A stretch of DNA of 64,000 nt, taken from assembly GCA_020536535.1 (NCBI GenBank), contig JAHLWZ010000867.1, positions 1 through 64,000 of the forward strand. The letters run 5' to 3'. The stretch's first letter is position 1; each line of letters opens with the position of its first letter. Origin of the DNA: Pelomyxa schiedti. Its lineage: Eukaryota; Protista; Evosea. A model generated the notes under the pieces. It saw nothing but the letters and a program-made list of their open reading frames with translations, searched no databases and was not told where the DNA came from. Made by a program: the position numbers and the translations under genes. This document shows, in pieces, positions 14,861 through 27,500 of this stretch.

Positions 14861-16402
14861 TTAGAACGCGCCCGGAAACAAAAAGGGCACGAGGGTGGGA
14901 TAAATGTCGGGCCAGAAAACATCACCACTGACGGAGAGGTACTGCAACCTGGCTTGTGCACTCAAGACCCCGAGTGATGCTGCCCTGCGGTAAATTGCAA
15001 ACGCCCTGGATGCATCCTTTTCAACCCCAGCTTGCGGGTCTCCCAGTTCATATGCTTTGGCCATAAATATGAGAACGGCCGCTCTTCCATTGTCATAAAG
15101 CTTGTTGTAATATGCCTCTGCTTTGGCCAAGTCCTTTGGAACGCCTTCACCATATTCATAGCACATCGCAACATAAGCCGCAGCGGTGAGTTGCCCTGCT
15201 TCATCAGCCCTCTTGAAATATGAAAAGGCCAGCTCAGGGTCTTTGTCAACCAATTTCCCGAACTTTGTCAACAGTCCAAGGCTCTCCAATCCCCCAGGTG
15301 AACCCCTCTCTGCTGCGTTCTTGATCTCAACGACTCTCTCGCGGTAGCAGGAATCGTCGGGCATTTCTTGGCGATTCATGTGAGCAAGATCACTCTTCGC
15401 TTCCAAATCTCCCGCGTCAGCAGCTTTCTGAAGCAATTCAACACCTTTGGCTGGGTCTTTGGGAACTCTGAAACCATTTAAGAAGCGGTTTCCCAGTTCG
15501 TACATTGCTGGTGGATATCCTCCCTTTGCAGAACACTCCAGCAGAGACTGTGCCTTCTTCATATCCAGCGGGACATCCTCACCAAGTTCATGCATGTGGG
15601 ACAGTGTCAACATCGAACTCAGCTCTCCTGAGGCTGCTGCTTGTTGGAACAGTTCAACTGCTTTTCTGACGTCTTTCTTCACACCATCCCCACGCAGATA
15701 ATGGTTGGCCAAAATTACCATTGCCTTGAGACTCCCGACATCTGCAGCCTCCTGATACATAATCAATGCCTTTGCCACGTCCTTTGGCACAACAATCCCA
15801 TCCAGGTAAAACTTGGCAAGCTCGCACTTTGACACAGCATATCCATTGTTGACAGCCTTCTCAAACAATTGGAACGCCTTTTGCAAGTCTTTGGCAACTC
15901 CCATCCCCCGTTGAAAACAGCGACCAAGTGCATGAAGTGCCTCGAGTTTTCCAGCAGCAGCAGCCTTTTCAAGAAGAGGAACAGCTTTTGTTGGGTCTCG
16001 TGCAACACCAACACCATCCCAGAGGCACCCTGCGAGATTGTATGCGGCGCCAACGTGATCGCGAGCAGCGGCGCTCTCAAAACACTTGAAAGCAGCAGCG
16101 GGATCCTTTTTCACGCCTTGTCCATCTCGATACATCACGCCGATTGTGTTGAGGGAGTCAACGTCACCCAAGTCAGAAGCCATCTTGAAGTATTTGAACG
16201 CCCTTGCGTGATCGACGGCGACGCCCCATCCCTTGTGCAGGTACGTGCCCATCTTCTTCATCGCGCTGACGTTGCCAGATTCAGCCTCCGCGATGATCGG
16301 TGACAGATCGGGTCTGCGTTTTGACTCGTCACCGCTGTTGTTGTTTCGGCTCGTTGTTGAGGCCAAGGTAAAGTCGACACTGTTTGTTTTCCTTCCGCTC
16401 AT
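14861..16402 (-). CDS. Sel1-like repeat protein, copy A (intronless CDS, 513 aa)
   Basis: About 12 repeats of the form A..LG..Y..G.GV.KD...A...F.KAA. Confidence 0.95.
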   Translation of the reverse strand: MSGRKTNSVDFTLASTTSRNNNSGDESKRRPDLSPIIAEAESGNVSAMKKMGTYLHKGWGVAVDHARAFKYFKMASDLGDVDSLNTIGVMYRDGQGVKKDPAAAFKCFESAAARDHVGAAYNLAGCLWDGVGVARDPTKAVPLLEKAAAAGKLEALHALGRCFQRGMGVAKDLQKAFQLFEKAVNNGYAVSKCELAKFYLDGIVVPKDVAKALIMYQEAADVGSLKAMVILANHYLRGDGVKKDVRKAVELFQQAAASGELSSMLTLSHMHELGEDVPLDMKKAQSLLECSAKGGYPPAMYELGNRFLNGFRVPKDPAKGVELLQKAADAGDLEAKSDLAHMNRQEMPDDSCYRERVVEIKNAAERGSPGGLESLGLLTKFGKLVDKDPELAFSYFKRADEAGQLTAAAYVAMCYEYGEGVPKDLAKAEAYYNKLYDNGRAAVLIFMAKAYELGDPQAGVEKDASRAFAIYRRAASLGVLSAQARLQYLSVSGDVFWPDIYPTLVPFLFPGAF

Positions 16403-16535
16403 CTTTTCCTGTGGTTATTTATCGATAAGAAGATTATTGTGACGGCACACACTCTCGAGATCCGCACGCGAGTGTCTTGACGATGATAGTTTGGAATAAA
16501 AAAAAAAATACTGTGACAGATGACATTACTAAAAA
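14874..16535. repeat. Dispersed direct duplication, copy A (partner 35230-36927)
   Basis: Near-identical sequence covering the Sel1 CDS and about 130 nt of 5' flank. Confidence 0.95.
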
Positions 16536-16710
16536 AAAATTACACCAAAAATAAAGATTTGGGGATGTTGATTGACGGCCTGCGTTTCTTCTGCACGAAA
16601 GCAAACTACAAAGCAACTTTCTCAATTGGCACCTCAGAGAATGTGGCAGTAAAAGGAAGATAAAACATTAAACAATTTCTCTTTGTTACCGCAAACAGGG
16701 GTGAAAGTAC

Positions 16711-18313
16711 CTATGTCTTCTTGGAGAAGAAAGAGGAAAGTTGGGCTTGTGCGAGTTGTTTGGGCTTGGTTGTTGGCTGTGGTTCTCGGTGCGTTGGTTG
16801 TGGTCTAGGTGGGGGGACTTTGGTAGGTGCTGCTGAGGCTGCCGGTTGTTGTTGCTGCTGTTGTGCCGGTGCCGGCCGCGGAGCGGGCTTCTTTTGACTC
16901 ACTGCATGTTTTGTTACATTTTGGGGAAATGGGAATCGCTTAGTTGTTTTGGGAGAGTGACGAAATTACCCCAGTATCCAGAGTTGTCCGTTTTGGCGGC
17001 TTGTCCGGGCTCTTCTTTTGCTGCCGCAGTTTCCACTGGTACTTCGGCGGGGACAATATCAACATCACCTTCTTTGTGCTCCTCGTTATCACTACCGCTT
17101 CCACTTCCACTTCCACTTCCACTCCCCTTGCTCGAACCACTGACATCTGCATCACTGTCTGAGTCACTGCTATCACTTATGGCAGGAATCACAAGGGGAG
17201 CGCCTGTAGAGTTTGTCATCGAAATTGTAATGACCCATAGCCAATACCTCCGCCATGGCACAACCGCTTCCGAGTTGGAGTGGAAGCAGTCTCTGAATTT
17301 TGCTGGTGTGCCGGTTCGCTAGTTTGGGGTTGCGGGATAGGCTTTGGTTTGGCCATCATTTTGGATTGATTCTCCAAATGCTCTTTCATGGAAACAGGAC
17401 CGAAGCCAAAGGATGTGAGCGACATTGCTGAGGTTGCCGTGTTGTCTTTCTTTGAGTTCTTGGCAGGCTTTCGTTTGGACTTTGCTTGTGGTTGAGGTTG
17501 GTTCATATGGGAATCTGTAGTGTGTGACACATGAGACTCAGTTGTATGGGACTCGGTAGTATGTGCCTCTCTTTGAGGCGGAGATGATGGTTCTGGTTCT
17601 TGTTTTCTTGCAGGTATCTTTGCTGGTGGCACTACATGCGCCTGCTGGTTATCAACTGAGGGAAGAGGGTGCGGAATTGGTTTTCTTTCAACTGTAGTGC
17701 AGCCCTCAAACCTTATTGCACTCCATCTAAAAGTGTGAAACCATTGAAACTAGGTGATTTGACTTCGTGATCAAAGAAGCCCAACCTTGTAAGCATAAGC
17801 TCATTTGGTACGAGAGTTGCACCAGAGTTCAAGTGTTCCTCGTAAAGGCATTGTCTATTGCTCCGTTCACTGTTGTGTAAAGTGCACTGGAGTTCTTGCA
17901 ACGCCGCTTCCTGTACAGAATAGACATGCTTTCCATTGAAAGAGGCAAGGTTGCGCTTTGTATCTAAACCAGTAACGGGTGAATGTGCCGCCATACTGAA
18001 AGGGTGTCACCTTCCAGTCTAGTATCAGGCACAAGGCATATGACATTGCGCTGCTGTAAGTCCTTCCCAGAAACCACATACGTGCATTTCACATTATTTC
18101 CCAAACTTTCCACCACTTCTTCCAGTACACTGCCACTACCAGTCAAAACGTAATAATAATAATAGGGGAAAAAATAAAACAGGTAACGCACAGTTTTGCG
18201 TCGTTTGCGGAAATTGACCTCTGGCATGCCAACCACGAGAACGTCACTATTTTGTGCTGAGAGCACACCAAGTCCCTAACGAACTCAACGTGACCCCGGA
18301 GATCCTCACTCAT
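16711..18313 (-). CDS. POLD3: DNA polymerase delta subunit 3 (Cdc27/p66)
   Basis: N-terminal KIVTFSWLACQRSISANDAK...TYVVSG...HVYSVQ, a disordered centre, and a C-terminal PIP box QAQLSSFF. Confidence 0.85.
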
Positions 18314-18582
18314 TCTCGCGTCGTTTACGCAATACAAAGCTAGCAATCAAGATCCACACCCATCAGATCTCAACTCCGGCCAAATGACCGGCTATTTTCC
18401 TTGGTGAATAGCGGGCAAGAGGTACGGATGACCATTCCACACCTCTGGAGCCTCAGGCTCTTGAAGTGATCTGCCGGAAGCTGATCAAAAACCAAACTTG
18501 GTTTTTTGGCCTTGTCACCTTTTGGTACGGCGAACGAGATCTCGTTTTCATTTCGACAAACAACAACACAGAGGTGTGGGCA
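18314..18582. promoter_or_regulatory. Probable bidirectional promoter between POLD3 and UGGT
   Basis: Head-to-head ATGs about 270 nt apart across a CpG-rich interval. Positional evidence only. Confidence 0.5.
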
Positions 18583-21500
18583 ATGACCATGGACCGGGGA
18601 CTGTCGTTGTCGTTTTTGGCGTTGACGGTGACGCTTGCGGCAGTCGTGTATGCAGACGTGCCGGTGACGTCGAGCAAGGACGTTGTTTTGCACCTCACTT
18701 CTTCTTGGAAAGCCACTCCCCTGTTGTTGGAAATGGGGTACGTTTTTTTTCTTTTTTTTTTCTTTTTTTTTCGTGTGTTCCGTTTCCCCATAATAATGTT
18801 ATTTGTGTTTGTTTGTAGAGAGGCAATGGCAAGACAAGGCGCATTTTGGAAATTTGCGGAGGCACTGATGGATGTCAAACAAGCCGTCGGTGAGGAGGCA
18901 AACAACCAGTACATCCGGGCAATCCAGGTGGCAAAAGAAGTGCTGAACGATGACTGTAAATTGAGCATGCTGAAGCAGGCAATGGCCATGCGTAAGTTTA
19001 GTCCAAGTATTGAGGCCTACAGGTACACACCTATATCTTTTTTGAACCTTGTCACATACCACGTTGTAGGCATGTGGAGCAGGCTTCGAAACAGGCAGTC
19101 CTGTCAAAAAACAACACCGTGTGGTTGGAAGATTCATGCTGGGTTTTATTAGAAAACACTGCTGTTTTCCATATTGAAGAACTTGGCACACTTTTATCCA
19201 CTGAGTAGGTCTTTCTATTTTTTGCCATCCACTTGCTTCCAGTTAACACATTAAAGGCGTCCTAACGGCAGACCACTTTTGCATGAGCAGCTTAGTTCAT
19301 TTGGGCATTTGTATGGGGAACCCTCTACCTCCACACCCACTGCCATTCTGTATTGTAATATTGGAACCCAGCAATTCATTGACTTCCACAGTACCCTTCC
19401 CACTCCTCCCAAGTTTTCACCCAACTAAAACATAGATGTTTTGAAAACTGCCTCGCAAAATGGCCAAATAACTTACCTTCTTCGACACCTTGTTACTGCT
19501 GGAAATGGTGTTGTGGGTGGGACAGACACTCCAATTAATATCCCTGGTTATGGGGTTGAGTTTGCATTGAAAAGTGTTGAATATAAAACTATCAATGTCG
19601 AGGAATCAGAAAAGCAAATTCAAACTGACCAAGAAGGTCTTTTCCTTCACCATTTTTCTTGAGGTATACTGACACAGAGTGCAGAAACTCTAAAAGACCA
19701 AGAAAATGCAAAAGAAAGCTCAGAAAGCCCTTTGGGATATGAGCCTCTTTTACCCAATAATGACTTTGACAAAATGTCAAGCAGTGATCTTGGAGGTTTA
19801 AGAGGTTTATTTTCATTCATTATTTAATTGACCTCACCAGCCCTGGGGTTGGCGGCTGTTTCCTTCATATCCTCTTCTGAGAATCCTCTTGCTGCAATGC
19901 AATACCTCTCAAACAACTTTCCCCTTGTTGCAATTTCTTTGGCAAGGTCCACTAGGAAGATTTTTCTTTCAAAAACTAAAACCACTGACAGGTCTAAGCG
20001 GAATGCATCTGCACTGAAGACTCTTTTTGCCAACCAACGTCATGTAAGTGCTGGTGTAAATTCCCTTTCTATCAATGGTCTTGGTGTAGACCCGTCCCAC
20101 ATTGACCTTTTCAGGTTTTTTCTTTCAATGAGTTGATTTCAATTCACTTGTTTTTTTATAAGTTTAATGGAAATGGTGGATGAAGAACTGCAACACGTTA
20201 CAGAGATAACATCCATTGGGATTCCTTCTTCTCTAGCTCTGGACTTGATGCAGCTTGGAGGTCCCAGTGACCACAACCAACCCAAAATCGTATTTGACAT
20301 CAATAGCGACTCAATAACATACATCAATGACCTATCACGTGATATGATGTACTCCCGCTTTGCCAGATCTGTTGGAGCGGTAAGCCCTCATCTGGTCTTT
20401 TTTGGTTTCTAATGGAGGAAAAATTTTTGAATCAAGCTACTTCGACCCAACTATCCCGGACAATTTTACTTCATTGCCAAGAATCTTTGGACTGGTGTAT
20501 TGGTCATAAACCCAGGAAATCCAGACTCTCTCTTTATTTCCAACGTTCTTTATGGATTCTTGAGCCAGGTCCGAAGTTCTGTTAATTGTGAAGCATTAAT
20601 ACTATCCAGATGCTGCCTCTTCGTTTGGGTATAGTTATGGCAGGTCTTAACATGAATTCAGATGTGGGAGGAAAATGCAGTGGAGTGGAATGCACTTTGA
20701 ATATTCCAAATGAACCTTCACCTGGTGTCTTGGTTGCACGAGCATTCCATCACCTTTGTGACAACACAGCAGGTTTCCTTGGTCTCTACTTTTTGTCTGA
20801 GGCATGTGTTGCCCGAAATTGTCTTTAATTGTCTCAAGTTCCCTCAGGTTTACCAACAATTCGAAAGGTCAGGAAAACAGCTCCTTACAAACGATCATGT
20901 AGAAGCTGCCTGGAGGTATTCTCATTGTGAAAACCTCGTTGCTGTCCCTAACTTTTCTTTAAGCACACTTGCTGCTCGTCAAACTATTGGCTCGTTCCAT
21001 GATGCGATAAATTCCCTGGAGTATGATCCAAAACTTGCTTCACAAGAGCAGTTTGCCAACGAGAAAGGACTCACCAAATTCCCACTGCTATTTATCAATG
21101 GACAACAGTGTACCACAGATGATGTACTCTCGATTATCACTCGCATTCAAACTGAATCTGGTTGATAGAGAATTGGATGGGAATTGACACAAATTATCCA
21201 CGATGTGGATGAGCTTCAAGCATTTGTTCAATTGGGTCTTATTGATGACAATACCGATATATACAAGTTCCTATTAAGTACATCGTCCAACCAGTTGGTT
21301 TTTAGTGAAAATAACAAATTTAGGCCAACCTGGAACTCTCTCCAAGTACAGCAAGCATGTTTTTGGAACAAAGCCGAATTATGTAGCCTTGACCGGCAAA
21401 ATTGTGTCAGGGGAAGGACTATCTGAGCAGCACTCAGACCTTGTAGAGGCCAAAGTCAACACTCTCTGGAATCAGATTCATTTCTTCCATGCCCCCAAAA

Positions 21501-24393
21501 GTAGGTTAAATAGCTTTTAACCTCCATGATCTTACCAAAGCAGCTGAATATGTTGAAAAGACGCATACACATCTCATTTGTGCAGACTTTGGATCGATGA
21601 AAGGGAAGGAGGTGGCAAGTGCAGCTCTGAAGAATATTGTACATAACTCTACGTTGATGCCCAATTCCAATGTATTTAAAATGGGAACAGGATATCAATA
21701 CCAGAGTTGCATTTCTTGACACAGGGAAAACGGTTCCCAATACTTGGCACAGGTTGCATTTGATGGATAGATCGAATTCTCAGGATGCATTAGACATTGT
21801 CTTGGGGTCTGACCAGGAAATGTCCCTAGCACCTGAGGTAGTGGCTCTTCATTCTTTGGGAAGAATGTTTTGTGAAGAAGTCGTTGGCACCACCAACACC
21901 ACCTACGCTGTCGTGGCAAATGGCAAGGTTTTAATCCCACTGCTTTTCTTGGTTGTCATTTAGGGCCAACATTGCAGGTCATTGCTTTTCCCAGTGAAGA
22001 ACCACTACAGCCATTTGACTTTAATTTACTTTCTACTATGGACCACATGTGGGCCTCATCAGTATCGAAGGTTCTTACAGACGCCAATTTACAATATCCC
22101 GTGGATCCGGATATCCTCACTGCGTATGTAGCTGAAATCCTGTAAAGATCTGACTTTCTTCATAGAGATTTCCACAGCACTGTTCTGATGAAAGTTCTGT
22201 CTGTCTTAAGTCTTGATAAGAACCGGAAAATCAATCGAGTAAACTGGAATTTAACACCGTCTGTGAACAGACTATACCTTGTACTAGCTAACGTTCCTCA
22301 GGTCATTCACCGTTGTGCCCAAAACCGAGGTCTATAGCAGGATTTACGCAGTAATTGACCCTCTCAGTAAAACTGGCCAAAGAATGGGTGCCTTGATAAA
22401 CAGTCTGTGCTCTTTACTTCCTGTGAGAGCTGACATATCCTTGAATCCACCCACGCACTTCGAGTCATTGCCCTTGAAATCTTTCTACCATTATGTCTTT
22501 GACCCTGAAATTCAGTTTGATGAGAGTGGCAAGTAAGGGATAAAAGGTACTAAATTTTTTTTTTACGTAGCAAAAAGATTACTTCCTATCAATGTGGCAC
22601 ATATCTCGTCACTTCCTTCCGCCCGGCTTCTCACTCTCGGTCTTGACATACCGCATTCATGGATAACAATGCCAGTTGAAGCCAAACATGATTTAGATAA
22701 CATCATGCTGTCAGATCTTGGGGCCTCTGAGACACGACTGTATGCAAAGTTTAATTTGGAACATATACTTGTAGAAGGTTACTTCGCTTCACAATCCATG
22801 TTTCTCGTTGCCCACCCAATTGAAAAACCTAGGAAATTGCTTTGAGGTAGTGAACGAGGTTCCTCCTCGAGGTCTGGAATTGGAATTACGTGGTTTTAGC
22901 AGTGACACTGTCTCCGCGGACACACTTGTTATGAGCAATTTTGGTTACTTCCAACTCAAAGCAAGCCCTGCTCCTTGGAGACTCTCGATCAGGGAAGGAA
23001 GGTAACCGTTTACCTCGTCCAGGAACTCAACTAAAGAGAAGAGCCAGATCAAGTAGAATTTTTGAAATGGATGACGCCACACTTGAGAAGGTTGTGGTTC
23101 TAGATTCCTTTATTGGGAAAACTCTCTCTCTCCCAGTATGTTCGCTCTGGGGTATTTTATTGTTAATGGAGTTCAGGTCAAGAAGAGACCTGGGGAAGAA
23201 ACAACTGAGTTGCTAGGCGATGACGAAACGCAGGAACCAGAAGGTTCTGGTTTTTGGGATAAAATCTCCAGGTAACTAGAGCCCCTTCGACGTTTATAAC
23301 TACTGTCTAGTGTGTGGTCCTCAAAGTCTGAAGTACCAACACAGCAGTTGAGCAATGAAGACAACCGCGTTCACATTTTCTCACTAGCCAGTGGTCACCT
23401 ATATGAACGGTTTCTGAAAATTATGATGCTGAGTGTAGTGCAGCATACAAACAGTACAGTGAAATTCTGGTTCATCAAAAACTTTTTGTCCCCTGGATTT
23501 AAAGATTCCATCCCATCACTTGCTAAACATTATGGATTTGAGTATGAGCTTGTAACTTACAAATGGCCTGCTTGGTTGTTCCCACAAACTGAAAAAATGC
23601 GCTTAATTTGGGGATACAAAGTTCTGTTCTTGGATGTGCTCTTCCCAATTAACCTGAAGAAAGTTATTTTCATGGATTCTGATCAAGTAATCCTTGTTAA
23701 ACAAATATGTATTCTCATCAGAATTAGGTTGCCAGAGCGGACATGAAGGAGCTGATGGAGCTTGATTTGCATGGCGCACCCATAGGAATGACACCATTTT
23801 GTTATGGTGAGAACAAAAGAGAGGAAACTGCCGGATTCAGGTTCTGGGATACTGGTTACTGGCATGAGCACCTCAATGGAAAGCCATACCACATTAGGTC
23901 AGCTTTCATATCGTAATTCGTTTTTTTGTTCTAACCTAGAAACCAGTGCGCTGTTTGTGGTAGATTTGGTGAAATTCAGGAAGATGGCAGCAGGAGACAT
24001 GTTCCGTGCACATTATGACTCACTTGCCCGTGTATGCCTTATTTTCCTTTTTCTGGTTTTTCCCCTCCAACCCTTGGCAACAGGATCCCAACAGTTTAAG
24101 TAATCTGGATCAAGACCTTCCCAACTACTTGCAGGATTATGTCCCACTTTATTCCCTCCCTCCCGAGTGGTTGTATTGTGAAACTTGGTGTGCCGATTCA
24201 CTCAAACCGCACGCAAAGACTATTGACTTGGTATGGCTACTCGATCTCTCTGCGGTTTTTTTCCTTATGACTGTAATAACAGTGTAACAACCCAATGACC
24301 AAGACACCAAAACTTGATGCCGCAGTCCACATCATTGAGGAGTGGAGGGACCTTGACAATGAAATCAAACAGACTGAGAAGGCACTACATTAG
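18583..24393 (+). CDS. UGGT: UDP-glucose:glycoprotein glucosyltransferase
   Basis: Signal peptide, then [23 protein letters not shown] and NFGYFQLKA. The GT24 domain shows [57 protein letters not shown] and IDLCNNPMTK. Confidence 0.97.
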
Positions 24394-24555
24394 AAAGTAA
24401 CAAACATAAAGGGTTGTAACCCTCTGTGTTCTTGCTTGTAGGAATTTAAATCAAAAACCGCACTTCCTATAAACCGTTTCAACAAACCCATCAAACTCTC
24501 TATCGACAAGACATTCGTTCTCAGTACACAAACAACGGTTCACAACCGAAAGGAC

Positions 24556-27500
24556 ATGTCTGCGGAACAAGCCTGGCCTCATTGTGTTGTGGTCAGTGGA
24601 CACTGGCACGTCGGCAAAGTTTGTCGCTGTTCCTTGTTGGTGCTTTTTGCGTGGAAAGACAAACGAAATACCGCAGAGAACTCTTGTCGATGAGCTGGAA
24701 AAACGGTTCGCGACACCGGGACCTACGGGTCGAGTGTGTCGACTAAAAAGTTCAGCTGGTGAGTTGTTAACTATGATGTTATTTGTTGCTGTGAAAATTG
24801 ATCTAACAGTTGTGTAAAGGCAAAGTCCATACTCTCCAGTTCACAAGTACCTGGAAGTAAACAACAAACTACTTGCTTATAATAATGAAGATGTTGGACA
24901 TTTCGTCAACTCTGAGGAAATTTGTACACGGTACTACCCATTCCAGAGTGCAAGTGCCTTTTTGTTGTGTATTTCTGTGCATATTCCATATGCGATCGAG
25001 ACGCTCACTGAGTTGGTTTGTTCTTCTTAATTTTTTTCTATCTTCCAAACACTACCATGCAGTACTTTTTGGAAGCACATGGTTGCGCACCAAAAGCACC
25101 CATTATCCTTGTTGCACTTAGAGCTGATCTGCATCTAACTGGTCTAACTGGTGTAGAGACTACAGCCAAAACTAGATTAATTCCTCCTACAGAACTGCAA
25201 CAGGTATCAAGTTTATTAGACAGCCAATGTGACTCTGCTTAGGTAGCCGACAAAATTGGCGCATTTGCTTTTGTCCAACTCAGCTGTAAGACTGGGCACA
25301 ACCTAGGAACGCTTATGAAAATCCTAGCTGACGCTCTGGACTACTCTGAATCACCACACGCATCGCCAAGCTGTAAGTTCCCTTACTTTTCACAGACGAA
25401 TTTACTGTCCAAGCTGGAATTACCAAAGTCTTTGGGAAGCTGTGGTCATCTGATCCCAAACCAAATCCAGCAGAAACAAGAATTATAGGCTCACCCAGCA
25501 CCAAACTTACAGGACCGCCATGCAGTGCCCTTGAAATATTTGGTGGTGGTACCAGTATAAGTCCCTCTTTCAGGTCAAACGACTCGGTTATTTCTGCTCA
25601 CTCAAACCCAAAACAGTTATGGGCACACCTGTGCAGTACATAAAAATACCCTGTTCTTCTTTGGTGGCAGTGGACCTCAGAAACAATTACGTGCATCTCC
25701 TTGTATTCTAGACATGTCTACCGAGAGCCCGCGATGGGTACCATCTATCGCGGTTGAAAGTGCTCCCACCCTGCATACAACTGCAGCCGCTTCTGCACTA
25801 CAACCTTCCCCACCTGTAATGCCCAAGGAGTCCCTGACAGGAGTAGTTCCTCCTGGAAGCCAATTTGCTGCAGTGGGTTCTTTTCCAGCAATGTGCATTT
25901 TTGCACCCTTGGTCTTTTTATTTGGCGGAACATTTGAAGGCTCATCTACAAACCGCCTCCTTTCTTACGATATGGATGCTGGTGTCTGGAACTGTCTCTT
26001 TCCTCATTCCATCAAGTCCGCAACTGATAACTTTCCTGGTCTGTGTTATGGTGCCTCTCTCATTCGGTAACACTTTCATATCTACTTTCTCATCTGAAGT
26101 TTTCATAGGTTTCAGACTAAACTATTTTTATTTGGAGGGTGCACTCAGGACAATTGCAACTGCCAATTTTTTGGTTAGTTTCTACGGAAACGGTGAAACT
26201 GTGTCCAATAACGGTTGGCAGAATTTGATCTGGATTCTCATACCTGGAGATGCATTCCGGAGTCAACAGCTCCACCTCCCCGTTATCATCATAACGCTTT
26301 TGTCAGTGACATGTATTTGATAGCAGAGGGTTTTTGTTTTGGTAATTCCTTTTATGTAGAGGAAAGATGTACATCTTAGGAGGACTTGGTGCAGGCAATT
26401 CCAAGTTGAGTGACCTGTGGGAATACGATCTGAACTCTCGCTTTGCTGGAAAGCACACAGGTTGGAGGCATATTACAATTACAGGTTCAGTTCGGCCAAC
26501 ACCACAGCGTGGTCATGTTGGTTGCATAATGCCATCGTCCAACTCATTCCTCTTATGTGGTTCCTCAAACAGCAATCCACACTGTGAGATATTCCAGTAC
26601 GCAAATTCATTTCTCATTTTGATTAAAATTACTTTTAGATTGGATTTGGGTTCATTCAAGTGGAGTCCATTAAGTTTTGAGTCTTCCTCCGTGGCTCGAG
26701 AAGTTTGTGCCTTGCTTCCAACCCTCGATTAACTTGCACTAGTTCCATTCCGTCACCCCGTATGGCTCTTCGTTGCTCATTGCTGGTGGAATGTGGAGAA
26801 GAGCTGAAGGAGGATTTTTAGGTGATGCTTTCCAACTCGTATTCCCCAAATACATCTCGGTTGTGCCATTGTTGGCTTTGGATACCTGGATCTATTTATT
26901 GAGTTTTCTGGAGCTTCCAGATTTATGTCGCCTGAGCCAAGTAAATTCCTTTTCTCTCGATCTCCGCGGTGAAATTTTTTTAGACCTGCAAAGCCTTCTA
27001 CGCACTATGCGGAACAGACGAAGTATGGAAGAACTATGTCGATGAATCCATACGAAACGAGAAAAATCTTCGGCGGAAATGTATTTCAATCCAAGAGAAT
27101 CGTACACTTAAAATATTATCAGTTCTGGGCATTGGATATTCTTGGAGAAACCCAACTCCAGGAGTTTTGAAGTTCACTCCCCAGCACTGGGAGGTTAGTG
27201 AGAAATGAAAACTGTGCCTGTGTATTAATTACCTAGTAGAGACCTAGGCGAGTCATTTATGAGTGTTTCTTGGGTAATGCCTTTATCCTCATGGGAGATT
27301 TATCAACAAGGTTTGTTATTCCTAAAATTCTTACCATCTTCAATTCTTGTTAGACTTGTTCATTCGGTAAGACCTGGTGATCTTGTGATGACTGAGGCCT
27401 ACAAGCCTCACAGGATACAAGAAATCCACAAAAAGAAGGTTGACAAACACTTCAGGTTGTGTAGTGTGAGGAAGCAGCACAACTCCCAAATGGCTAAGCT

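Noticed and set aside
20800-20867. Possible GC-AG intron in UGGT (GAG|gcatgt)
   Set aside because: An in-frame GT donor 6 nt downstream explains it equally well, so it cannot be decided from DNA.
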